This document shows positions 31,275 to 43,600 of a DNA stretch of 64,000 bases, one piece after another. The stretch is from Somniosus microcephalus (Eukaryota): assembly GCA_052327205.1 (NCBI GenBank), contig CM126202.1, forward strand, positions 192,014,001-192,078,000. The letters run 5' to 3'. A model generated the notes under the pieces. It ran no database searches. It was given only the letters and a program-made list of their open reading frames with translations, and had not been told where the DNA came from. The position numbers were made by a program, and so were the translations under genes. The first letter of the stretch is position 1, and every line of letters begins with the position of its first letter.

Positions 31275-32121
31275 TAGTTTTCTAGCTCTGTGCTAGCCTC
31301 AGCTTTGAGATTGTAACAAACAGGATGTTCATTCTCCTAAAGTAGAACTACTTTGGGACAATTAGCTATTGGATAAAGATAAATTACTTAATTTGGGCTT
31401 TAATATTTCTTATTCTTCAATTAAGTTATCCTTAATACATCAATTTTACCCACCTTTTTTCATAGTGCACTGAGCATTAGATGGGTAGGATGTGAGTTTA
31501 TTCCCACAATTCTTCAGCAGAGATCATACAGAAGGAGTGAGGGGAAAAAAATCAGGACATCACCCAGACAGCTCTCACACACCTTCATAAAGCAGCTTCA
31601 ACAAAGACCAGAGTACAGGTCTTCAGTCCACTCCTCTCAACCAAAATTAATGTGCCACCAAGGGAAGCTCCTGCAGCTCATAGACACATGCATTCTCTTT
31701 AGTGGATAGGTTGTAAACAAAGCATCTTTTGTAAGCTCTTCAATAAGCTCAGAAAATGCCTGCGGAAGTGAATGATATTTTCTCCTTTTGGTAAAGTCTT
31801 CCCTCTATCGCCAATGTTGCCCTATGCTGCCACACATTGATTTCAGTTCTCCAGAGAAGTCTTCTATCATTGCAGACACTCAGCAGCAGCTCTGTTCAAA
31901 ATGGAAAGGAGCAATAAAGGCAACGGGAAATCAAAAAGGTTATATATGGTGTTTGCAGTGGAAGACAGAAATAGAAATTCTCGGTAACTTACAGCACCTT
32001 CTCTCCCCCCCACTTTCCCAGCCCAGCATGATTGACTTATCCAGGATTGAATCAAGATTGTTGTACTTCACTCTTTATCATAAGAGAAATGTAATTTATT
32101 TGGAATGGAAGTTGGCACCAA

Positions 32122-32305
32122 AGGGCCAATTTTATAAATGCGTGTTACTGGTAGGGAGCCTCACCCGTCAGCTGTGCATATCACAGGCATTAAATCAGCA
32201 TTGAAATTAATCAGTGCAAAAGCATGGCGGAGCATCCACAATGCTCTGGTGTGTACGGCCAGCAAGTGAAGCTCCCTGCCATAGTTCACATTTGGAAAAT
32301 TGGCC
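32122..32305. mobile_element. MITE remnant
   Basis: Termini 'ggccaatttt' and 'aaaattggcc'; central 'cattgaaattaat'. Confidence 0.55.
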
Positions 32306-33175
32306 GTGAAAAATTTATCTTCTTGTTTTGTCTATTCCTCACTGAATTCTCTTAGGCCCAATTCCTGAACCCATGTTGAAAGTACTAGTGGCACAAATCG
32401 ACATGCTGACTGTATCCCTTAACATACACCATTGTTTTGGTTGCCCTTACATATGAGCATAAAAATTTTAGGATCAGTAAGAGTCCATTGCACCCAACAA
32501 ACTTGCCCTTTTTTCAGAGATCAACCCCATCTATCTGCCTTCTCGCCATATTCTCAGCCCTTTTTTCCACCAGAAATACCTTCAGTTGTCTCTCGAATCC
32601 ATGTATACTGTCAGTTTCAATGGCCATTTGGGTAAAAAAAGAGACAATTGCAGCACCGCCACTAACTCAACACAGATTGGACGTAAAATCTGAGATCCTA
32701 ACAGTCTGTATGGCTTCATATAATAGTAGGCACTGCGTGTAACCTGAGCCTTTGGGGTGGGGGGTCAGTGAGAGTTTTAGCTATCCCAGGTATATCTTGC
32801 ACTGCTATGTTTATTGTATCGTTAAGGTTAATTTTAAAGCATTCTATATCCCTCCCTGTTCCCATGATATTGCGTTTTATCAAGTAGTACAACCCATTTG
32901 TATTAATCATATGCCTCTGAAATGAAAGTCTGGAAGACCTTTCTCTTTAGATGGATCTGAATTTAGAGCAATCTTCATCATCATATATATAACTGATAGC
33001 AAGCTGACATAGTGGTCATATGGTGGTTAGGTTAGACAGCTCTTAAGATTTCTGAGTACTTGTGTTCAAATCAATATGACTTACTGTTTTGGAGTATCCA
33101 AATAGCCACACTAAGTTATCGATCTCTTGGAAATTTAGGCAAATACGTGCAGCACTACTACTGTAATAATAAAAT

Positions 33176-33373
33176 AGTCTAGAAATTACCGTTAATTATG
33201 TTAGTAGACAACACTTAATGTATTCCTATGACATTTCTTTACCCACCATTTTAATACAAACATTAATCATTTATTTTAAATGAGTTAATGCCTCCGTTAA
33301 AATATCGGACAAAATATCATACATATACAATAAATGTTTATCCGTTAACATCAGTAACTGTAATTTCTAGACT
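33176..33373. mobile_element. AT-rich MITE with Harbinger-like TIR
   Basis: TIR 'agtctagaaattac' / 'gtaatttctagact', related to the 'ggcctagaaatt' TIR of element 2. Confidence 0.75.
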
Positions 33374-35343
33374 CATATTTCCATGTTCACACATTTAAAT
33401 TACTTTCAATATATTTTAATGGTTGAAGCATCTTAGAAAGTTGTTTTGCAACGTAGTTGGTAGGTCAGTGTCAAAATATTGGTGATTATGTTTCAAGTCA
33501 CATGCTTATTGTTGGAGGAGATGTGGCCCCAGGCTAAGAGTGTTTCTCCCTTACTATAACCTGTACTCGTATGTAAATAAATGAAGATGAATCATAATTA
33601 GAATCTGTCACCCACAAGATCACAAAGCGTTCATTTTTATGAAATTACTTTTGTTCTTCTGGTGATAAAAATGCACATTAGCAAGGATCAGAAGGTGACT
33701 GTTTGGCATCTGTTGATGGAATTATGGAGGTATTTCCCTGATCATTAAATACAAAAATGCATGTCAATGATTTGAGTAAAACTCTCTTTTTATCAGGGTG
33801 AAGATTTCATCACAAAATATGCTATTAGAGTTTAAATAATAATTGTTATTAACATAATACCCACAAAGCCATCAGCAAAATAAATAATATATTTTTCTTA
33901 CATCAACTATAAGAAAATATTTTTTTCACCAAGAACTTTTATTCAGTTATTTTTAAATGCTGCATAATGCTGATACAGCCAAAAAAAATTCTAAATGTGA
34001 TTGGTTTTAAAGCAAATGAGTCTGTTCTGTTTACATGAGTACACCTGACGCATTCCAGACCTGTTGGGAGATTTTATTCATTTGCAATTCAGCTGCAGCG
34101 GTCATGACTTGATCTGCTTGAAACTGTCTGTATGATGGTTTGCAGCTCCAGCTCACTGCAGATCTATGAAGGCTGGAGAAACCATTGATTGTATTGCCCT
34201 ACAGAAAAAAAACACAGAGCTTCAAATTGGATATAAATTATAAATAACTTGTCTGAAATATGTAAGTAAGTTACAGAATGATCATTCTTCTAAGACTAGC
34301 AGGGTAAAAGATGTTAGCACAGAGGTTATTAACTGGAAGATTATAGGTTTATGAAGTTGACTGAAGGCAGTGACCAGTAGTGTCCATAAAATCCTAAACG
34401 GTTGGGCTGATTCTCCCTCTTTTTCTTTTTTCAGTACTGTTCATTAATACAGGCTAGCAAGAGGTCAATCTAATAAACAGAAGGTCAACACATGCACCAT
34501 CGGTGTATAGACGTTTGTAGAACAATAAAGTCATAAAAAAATGTAACCCTGAGGGTGGGTGACTTGAAACAGGAGGAAAAAGTACAGCAAGCAAATGTTT
34601 CTTTCTGTGTCCACTGAACCCACACACAGTCAAGCTCACAAAAATTGCTTACCCAATTCCTTCTTTACGCAGAGATATGATAAAATTGTCACAATGTAAT
34701 GCCTCAATATTAGCTTTTAAAGTGAAAATTCACCTACTATAGGGTGTTTCCAAATATAATCTGTATTTTATATTATAATAAATTTTAACTTTTTCAGACT
34801 GGTAATTTTTTTAAAGAATCTGTCGAATTAACTTTTAGTTGAACTGGGACCTTGCATAATAATGACATAATTAGGTGAGCAACATTAAAGCAATATATAA
34901 TTCAGGGATGTTGCTGACCATTCTTTTTAATGACCACTACCATTAAAGTGTAAACTGTGTTTTTTGAATAGTGCTGCCATCACACTCCATCATGTCTAGC
35001 AAAAATATTTGTACAATTTATTTTCACAGTCTGCTAACTTCTGTTAGTCTACCACAGCGACCTCCAGAAGCGTATGGGGCACTACTAGAAAGTACTAAAC
35101 TCTAGTTGCAGTAACTTTTTCTGGACCGATGTTAAGGGTTTCAAATTTTAGTGTTTAACCTTTCGAGGGCTTCACTTATATTTTTGCATCGTGTAAAAAA
35201 TCTAACAAGATTACAACATGCAAATATATTCAATAAATATATGATAAAAATAAATGTTCTGTGGGACTCTATATTTGCCTTATGCCTCCAAATGGTCAAC
35301 ATTAGAAATATACAAAATTAGAAATTTTGGGAAAATAGACAAT

Positions 35344-36132
35344 GGCCCAGAACTTGTGGTGCTGATGATGGCGAACTGGCAGCCTTCGCCGTCATTTCGC
35401 CTTTGAAACTGACTGCAACTTCAGGATTTAGCGCATGCACAGTCTAATGCGGAAATGCTGAAGTTGCGGCCTGTCATTCACTGCTCCAGCCACTGGCTGG
35501 GTTTACCGCCCCCCACCGCCCCCGCGCCACAGAGCTGGCAATCAGCGTAATCTGTCAAATCATGGAAACTGATGAACAATTCGGCTCTTCTGCGGTAATA
35601 CCGCTGTTAAATACCCCATTAAAAGTTAGACCCTTTTGGATTAGGTGTAACTGGGGTTTTAACAGCATATTGACTGCTAAACAAAGGTTATGGCCCTGAA
35701 AAATGAATTTTAATTTTGCGGTGTGTTAAATTTATCCATTTTAATAAAAATAAAATTTTAAGAAACTTTAAAAATAAATTTAATTTTTTTTTTAAGTTTG
35801 TTCATCTTTATTTCAGGTTTGCCTTTTCCCCATGTGAGAGCCCCAATCTTTGTTTTGCTCTCTTTAACATTTTTTAAAAGTTATATTTAAAGGAACTTAC
35901 CCACTTCCTTGTTCGCTGGCTGTGAAAATTCTGCATTTTGATTGGCTGATTAGACAGCTTGTTGACATCACAGCAGCTCGTGTTAGGGATTCTCCATTAA
36001 CTTGTGTTGATTTCAATAATGCGTCGGAAAAGCCAACTTCTCACCACAGAGATCGCGTGATCTTTGTGGAATGCTTACTTCGGGGCCAGCGGCGAGCGCC
36101 TTTGCTTTACCGCTGACCGCAAATTACGGGCC
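35344..36132. mobile_element. Harbinger-type MITE (last clear transposon in the window)
   Basis: Termini 'ggcccagaacttgtggt' and 'accgcaaattacgggcc'; subterminal hairpins ('gcaacttcag...ctgaagttgc'). Confidence 0.8.
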
Positions 36133-37689
36133 ATTATTGAAAATAAATAAATAAATTACTTCAAAGGCTACAAAAGAGCTCAAGCACTTGAAAAACCAGT
36201 AACTTCATTTCAACACAAATGTAATTGCAGTATTACATTAATTAGGAGTCTCTTTTAAATCAAAATGGCTATAGATCTACAACATATTTTTGATAAAAAT
36301 TTCAAATGTATAGCCTGAGTAAATGTTTTGAGGTAATAGTTTTCTGATTTCCTGGACTTCATTAACAATCTATGATGAAGCCCTGATAAATCTTTTGTTA
36401 ACTCTCTCAACCTGTGAAAAAATTAGAAGTGTTTTATATAGAGAATAATGGATGCATTAGAATGATTAGCAGCAAGCACTAATCTAATCTGTATTTTAGA
36501 TGATATCAAAAGCCACAAAAGCATAGCACAAGCAGTTTTTAATCGTCATCTGAATCCTCAGATTAGATACATTTCCTTGAAATCACTCCCGGATATCTTT
36601 TGTAAAATAATACATTGTTCATTTTATGTGGTTTCATTCAGTTTTGGGTTCAGTTTTGCATTTGCAATGGCTTTCACTTCAGATGCCGGCTCTTGTGTGT
36701 TCTATGTTATTGATGCATGATGATTACTCACAATGAAGAATTAATGATTGTGATATCATTACTATAAGCCAATGAATTGATCATGTGCAGTTGATTATTG
36801 GCGTGACTGCTGCCAACGACCGGAAGCTGCACAGAATTTTATGGCCAGTATAGATGATGCAAGTTCAACCAAAGCTTTAATGATCCTAAACTAATAGGTC
36901 TCTTGTATCTTTATTTGCTGCTCCATGCATAATAACATTCGAATGGAATTTTGAAGCCTAGCATTTTAAATGTTTCTTTCTTGCAGCTTAGTTAGCCAAC
37001 AAATAAATACCGTATTTTTATTTTTGACACTGAACATTATCCTAATTTAATGTGTAAATAACTCCTCAGGCTAGTATTCTTTTTGTAATGTACTTCCATG
37101 TATCAGAGATTTATACAGGTTTGACCTGTTACTCATTCTTTTCTTTTGCTTCTGAAATTAAATTTCCGTGTATTTTTAAAATTATTTTCTTGCTTCTCTT
37201 CTTCTGGTCTCCTGGGCCACACATCAACTGCAGCCAAGAGGTAGGCAACCTGCCCCTAGATCTCTGCCAATATAACTCTTGTGCTGGCCACCAGATAGTG
37301 TGTGAGAATGGCCCAGAGATGCCTCTTCTGATTTCCCCTATTCCCTCCCTTTCCCACTCCTGGGTGGGAAGTACACAACCTCTGATTTTCTATTCTTCAC
37401 ATAAGTGAGGCTGAGATCAGGAGCCCGGTGGATTGGGGATTGAAGTTGTTATGCAGCCACTACATCGTGCTGTATATTGGTACTCCAAAGCATTACATGA
37501 CCACATTCACAGACTTGTCATCTTGGTGTTGCTTAAATCTCTACAAGTTTATTGCCTGAGCCCTAGTAGTTAACTTTACTGAATTAATGTTGCTGCGATC
37601 TCTGACACCTCTTTTGCACTCAGATTTGTGTAATTGCTGCATGTAACATTGAAATCTCCTTTAAATATCATATGCTTGCCAGCTTTAAG

Positions 37690-38560
37690 CTACATTTTTC
37701 CTGTTCTTTCTTTCTTGATGTGACATGCAGATTTTTTTCATAATTAGCAGTGACATGTGGTCTGCGTTTGGTTCAACAAACTATTGGATAAACCTAGGAC
37801 AGATTAGTGAACTGATCGTGCAGACTGAATCACTTGGAAAACTGCTTTGATTTTTCAAGCAGTGAGTCCCTGACATATACATCCTGTATCGCACCTGTAA
37901 GCGATAGACAAAATCACTTGCTGCTGCTAAGTGACAGTTATGCTGCATTTTGCCAAGCCAGACCTTGGGTGTTGGTGTTTAGTCCAGCATCTGTTCACAA
38001 GAACTGACCCACATCACACGGCTTTGGCCTAGTTTTGTGCGGCCTTAATTGATAGTGCAGCATGCTTTGTCACTAACCAAGCCTGGCATGTCAATCACCA
38101 TTACAGCTCATAGATAGTTGACCTTCAGCCTGGATACTATATTTTACGCCGAACAGCCGAGCTGATTGAGAAAGGCATTTAAGTACCTAGAATAGTTAAT
38201 ACAGGGATGAGGAGTGTTCGTATGAATCAGAATGTTACCAGTCAGATGCCAGCATGTATGACAGCTGGTCACCCCTTACAGGAGTGCTACTGTTCAGTTG
38301 TTAAAATCAGTGTTGTTGCAGTCTGACAGTTAAATGGTTGAAGATTGCAGTGGCATCAACTTAAAAAAATTGTCCTTTTTTATTTCAAAATCCATGCAAA
38401 TGCACAAAATGTAGCGAGGCCTGCCATCTTGTGAGCACTGCTATATGGACGCTGATATTTAATGACAGTTCCTGTCCCTAGCAGCCCAGAGCACTTCAAC
38501 TGCATGTAAAGTTTTCAGAGAGAAAAATCAGCACTCACCTATTGCCACTGGGCACAGCAC
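37690..38560. promoter_or_regulatory. Candidate conserved non-coding/enhancer block
   Basis: Repeat-free, high-complexity sequence with TAATTA/TAATTG and four TGACAG sites (37932, 38259, 38324, 38463). Conservation not testable here. Confidence 0.4.
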
Positions 38561-40089
38561 TAATCTGCTTTCTGATCTTAGCTATAGCCCTTAACCTTTA
38601 AACGGCCTCTTCTAATTTCTAAAATAAAAATTTCAGTCCTTTATTAAATCATGATTTATTTTGTTCTTTTACGGTCGCCATCGTGATTAAATGAAGGCAC
38701 ATCTTATGTAGAAATGGGCAGGAGCATCCTCTGCTGTAGAAATAATACACAGACTGACTTTTTAAAAAATTGCAGTTGGATCCTAATAAATGCATAACTA
38801 GTTTGCCTGTAAATGTGATGCTTGCATCAGGATTATGCTTGGATCAGGATTTCTGTAAACCACAGATAAAAATAGTCAATTTGCTAATCTTTGTGCCACA
38901 GCCCATTTAATCATTCATTTGGCAATTCACTATAAACAAAACAGAAAACAGTTAACAAAATCCTTTGTTTTACACAAAAGTAATTAGACTTTGAGAATGT
39001 GCTTCTGTCTCTAGATGAAACTTGGCTGTGGATTGGCCAAATTTCATGCGCAGAGCATTAAAAGCAGATAATTACAGGACATTTTATGCTTCGATCAGGA
39101 TTTTGTATTTCACAGTTATTCTTGGATCAAGAATCCGACACAATAGGTGAATGGGAAGTGGTTTGTTATATTGGAATTCTGTGCTTGGGGTGCAGTTCTG
39201 CTTGGATGAGGTACTTGGAGTCAACTGTAAAACAATTCCTTCACACAAAAGGCTCCAGTATCAAATAACCTGTGTAGTCTTGTGAGATAAGCAGGCTGAA
39301 ATTGTATTGGAGTTCCACCGATCTCTCTCCACAACTCCGGCTCTGTAGCCCCCACAGAATTTCAGCTCCAAGAACTCTAAGGGGCCAGTTTGGTGATATC
39401 CAGTGACACCTTTCATGAAGTATGCTGTTATTGTTTGGAATAGCTTGTGTTCAGTAAAATGACAATAATCTCCTCCATTTTCAGTATCCTGAATTGGCCT
39501 GATGATATTTTCATCTTTCAGGGTTTCAGTTTTTGAGACTTGGTTGACCTGCTGTAAATTAACTTGTGGATCGTTACGTTACTAATATTATGCTTTGAAT
39601 GTGTTTCTCTGAGTGCTAACATGTGGTAGTTATTTCAACATGTAAAACAATTGTAGATTTCTAGATTTGATGTCTTCTTTTACTCAAGATGAATGTTTTA
39701 GATGAGCTACAATTAAGGGTACAATTTTTTGTTTGAAAAGAACACTGCTAGTCAGCCAAACAGTGCTGTTCTTTTAATATTGGGGCCTCATATATGGGTT
39801 GTTTCTCAATGTTCAAAACAAAGAGAAAGGACTTTGTAACTGGGAAGGTATTTTCCCCACAGGATTACCTGTATCTAACATTACCGCACAGACGGTGGAT
39901 ACAGACACTAACTGTACTCCTTTTTCACCCATTTCTAGGCACAGAACGGCACGAGCTAACTTCCTGGAAGAGTTTTAATTCTATTTTCAAGTATTTTACT
40001 CAAGCTTTAGAGGCACAGAACACTGAAGCAAAATCTAAGCCAACGGTGACAACAAGAAGCTCCAACCGAAAGAAAAGTGAAGAATTATG

Positions 40090-40620
40090 AAGCAATGTGG
40101 CATTTTCCTGCCTTTTTTGCGCTGGCAGTCCCTCAGTCCCTCATTAGATTGTTTTCTTCTTGGAGCAAAGGGTCACGGTGTATACATCTAAATAGCGTTT
40201 TGCATTATTTCTAGATGAGCGCAACTGTCAAAGCAATATGGGTCTGCCGGTTGTGTTTCCTGTGGTCCCGAGCTCAGATTTGGTGCCACCGATCGGTGCG
40301 CAGATTAAGAGTGACAGCAGTTCTGCACAGTGCAGCACAGAGCGGCTCTAATTGCCCTGACACAGCCCTGCACTGAGCTAATGCCATGGGGCTATTGGCT
40401 TCCCCCATGTCCTAACGCCTGCCAACTATTCTTCATTAAAGAGACAGCCTCTCTTTTGTCGGCCTATGTACAGCCGCTTTTAAAATAGCCAGGAATCACA
40501 GTCACTCAACATTTTCCTTTCACGTACTCAAGCCTTGTCATAATTTTCAAGGGACTTCAAATGCATTTAAGTCGCTAAAGATGACAGTTGTTTTTGGTGA
40601 TGCCAGCTGTCACTTTTTGT
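40090..40620. promoter_or_regulatory. Candidate conserved non-coding/enhancer block
   Basis: GC-elevated and CpG-retaining, no credible ORF. TGACAG/CTGTCA at 40225, 40312, 40582 and 40607; CTAATTG and AAAGGGTCA motifs. Confidence 0.45.
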
Positions 40621-43600
40621 GTCTGCTTAAAAAATAGCTTTGTATTATTGAAACTGTGTGTTTTTCAAAATAAACCAACAGTACTTCTTAAAGCTAGAGG
40701 ATGTTTAAAGATATGTTGAGAAAATTTGATTCATTGTGAATTTCTGTCTGTTGGCCAACATAAACTGAAGCTATCTTTTTTTTTAAAGGATAATAATTAA
40801 ATATCTAAATCAGGAGGTATGTACCCATTATCTGATCTGATCAATGCATATTTATACATTATGCTACTCCTCGGAAATGACTAGCTGAATTTTTAAAACT
40901 AGGTTGAAAACTGGACAGTGCAAACAATGGAGCTGCAATGGCAATTTTTTCTCAGAGCATGCAAAACATAAAACTGTTAGCTAAAAGACTATGGTTGTCA
41001 GAACATTTACATTATCTTGCTTTTAACTAGTTGCTGTGCATTTTGTTTTAAAGATAGTCTTTTAAACTCTTTACTGCAAAATATATATTGATTCCTTGAG
41101 CTCATATGAAATGTGCATTCCAATTCTTGTTTCAAATGATATTTCATTGTCCATTTAAAATAATTTCAGCTCATTGTATTAGAATTAAAAATGGACTTTA
41201 ATGACTCAAACGTCATGGTAATTGCTTTATAAGGAAGTAACGCTCCAAATTACAAGAAAATGCTTGTTAGTACTAGTTTAGGTCCTGCTCTACCATCCTA
41301 TGTGGAAGTTCATTTTTCAGTTTTACAGTTTGCTAGTTATTGCTCGCAGAGCTGTGAATCATTGGCTATAGAATAGCTTGGGGATTCTGCTAAAATTTAG
41401 GACACACAAATGGTAAAATTTGAGTAATGTAAAGTATGTTTTAGGACATGCTTTCAAAAATCCTTAGAGTAATTACTCATTACCTTGTTTAATCATTTGT
41501 AAATTGGAGCTTTTTGTAGTGCTTTAGAACATGATCTAATACAAAACAGAGAATAGATTATTTAGAATATTCGAAGTCCTGTTATGCATTGCATAGACAT
41601 AAGTCAGAAAGACAGCACTAAGATGCTAGATGAGAATTAAAATACGTGCCTTTGATTAAATATTTAGCAATACAAAGTTTCAGAAATATGAATTGGCGCA
41701 AAGCAGTATACAAAGTGATTAATTCAAGTGATTTGTTCGAGTTTATAATGCTGCTAGTGCTCTGAATGGCTGGAGAGCTCCATCAGGCTATGTGAATAGG
41801 CAAAAGGACCCAGGGGAAGCCTTTGGTCGCTCCTTTGGCGCATGTGCAGCTCACTCCCATAGAGGCAGGATAGGAGGTTTGCAGCTGGAGCTTTGATTGG
41901 AGTTTAAAGTCATTTGACATTTCCAGCACTTTCTGCCAAATGACACTGGTCCCTGCAGAACATGTGCCCTATCCCTCCATTCTTTAGGTGTGCAAAGAGT
42001 TTAAGTGTGAAAATTGTAAAATGAACTAAGCTAGCATTCAAGCATTTTAATTGATGGTGTTGACTTCATCAGTTAATCTCCAGACAAATCAAAATTGGTT
42101 CACATTGTTTTTTACAGTTATATATTAGTCAAGAAAATGCAGAAATGGCCAATGAAATATTTGTAGATTTAAATGGATTTTAATTTTTCGGCATTAAGAC
42201 GAAAGTGAAAGAAAAAGTGGTATCTGTAAAATAGCCTTCAGTCACTTACTTTCTAAGACTTAATTTTTAAAGGAATGGACAGTGTGATGGTTATATTTAA
42301 ACAATCCGCTACGTTGTGGAATCCTTTTTATATTGAGCTCTAAATGTTGTACATGTATTTGTAATCGCAAATGTAACTAGTCAGATTTTGAAATATTACA
42401 GGCTTACTTTTGAAAACTATCATAAAGGAAAGAAATCACCTCGACACGATGAAGGCTGAGGATGACTGACAGCACTAAGTGAATAGGAGCTTTCCATGCA
42501 ATTGTGAACCAGGGCGGTGGGGGGGAAATCTAAAGGAAAATGAATTTTCAAACCAAAAAGCTTTAAAGCAGAGCCGTGATTTTTATTTGTGATAGTTTTG
42601 AAATCCATCTTATGAAACTGAAGCACTGAAATGAAAAGTTGCGTTCTCCAGTGCATAAATCAACTCTGCCTTTTATCAAGCTGTATTGATGACCCTGATT
42701 TTAAAGCATTTTACTTTCCAATGACAATGTTAAAAAGCTGAATCGAAATAAAGATTTCCCCCCTTTAGTTTCAGTGCCTTTGTTGTCAGTGGTGTTCATT
42801 TATTAAAAACTTTCGATCAGAAAACGGAGTAATTTGTTGACATGAGACATGACTCAATCTTTGAATAGAACAATCATTGGAACTCAGAAGGCAGCATGTG
42901 AAATATAATGGCAGATTCAAGTGGTTAGTATCACAGTAGAATAACCATTTATCTTCGTTTCTAACCTAGAAATACCTTTAAGTCGAAAGTGCTCTCGAAA
43001 TCACAATTCTTTCAACAAAAAGCCGAATCTTTTTATTATGATGATTTCTGACATTTTTATTTAATTTCCCAATTGATTAACTAGCAAGTCGGTTTTAGGA
43101 AGAGGAGTAAGACTTCACAGTTGATAAATTTGCTGGACCTTGGTGTCGCAAGTCAGTTGGAAGAGTTCATGCTATCAGGTTACTTCCTGAATTTGAAGCA
43201 AAGTTGCTTATGTACAATAGGAAGTTCGTAGGCGGGAGACCAATATTCAGCGCAAGAGTTCAAAACAGTTGTTTCTTAATTATGCTTTCAAATTAGTAAC
43301 TATTGGAGTCTTTGTGAGATCCAGAAAAATACCATTCTATTGATTGCTTAACCCAGGCCCATCGCATGGCTAACTCCAGACAGAGTGAAATTTAGTCTGG
43401 AAGATGGAAGCAGGAAAAGTGAGATCACCTGAACATTCAGATATCCGGACTGAAAATGAAAACGGCTTGGCACTTTCAGGCAGTGTTATCAGTTGGGATT
43501 ATTGAAACGAAAGTTCATTTAACTCAATTATTTCTTAACCTCAGTGCCGGGATTGCTTTCAAACCCAGTAATCCCTCTTGGTTGTTTGGTGCAAAAGGGA

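Noticed and set aside
39794-40090. 98-aa ORF ending '[12 protein letters not shown]'
   Set aside because: No recognisable homology and no convincing splice context; adjacent to a probable non-coding element.
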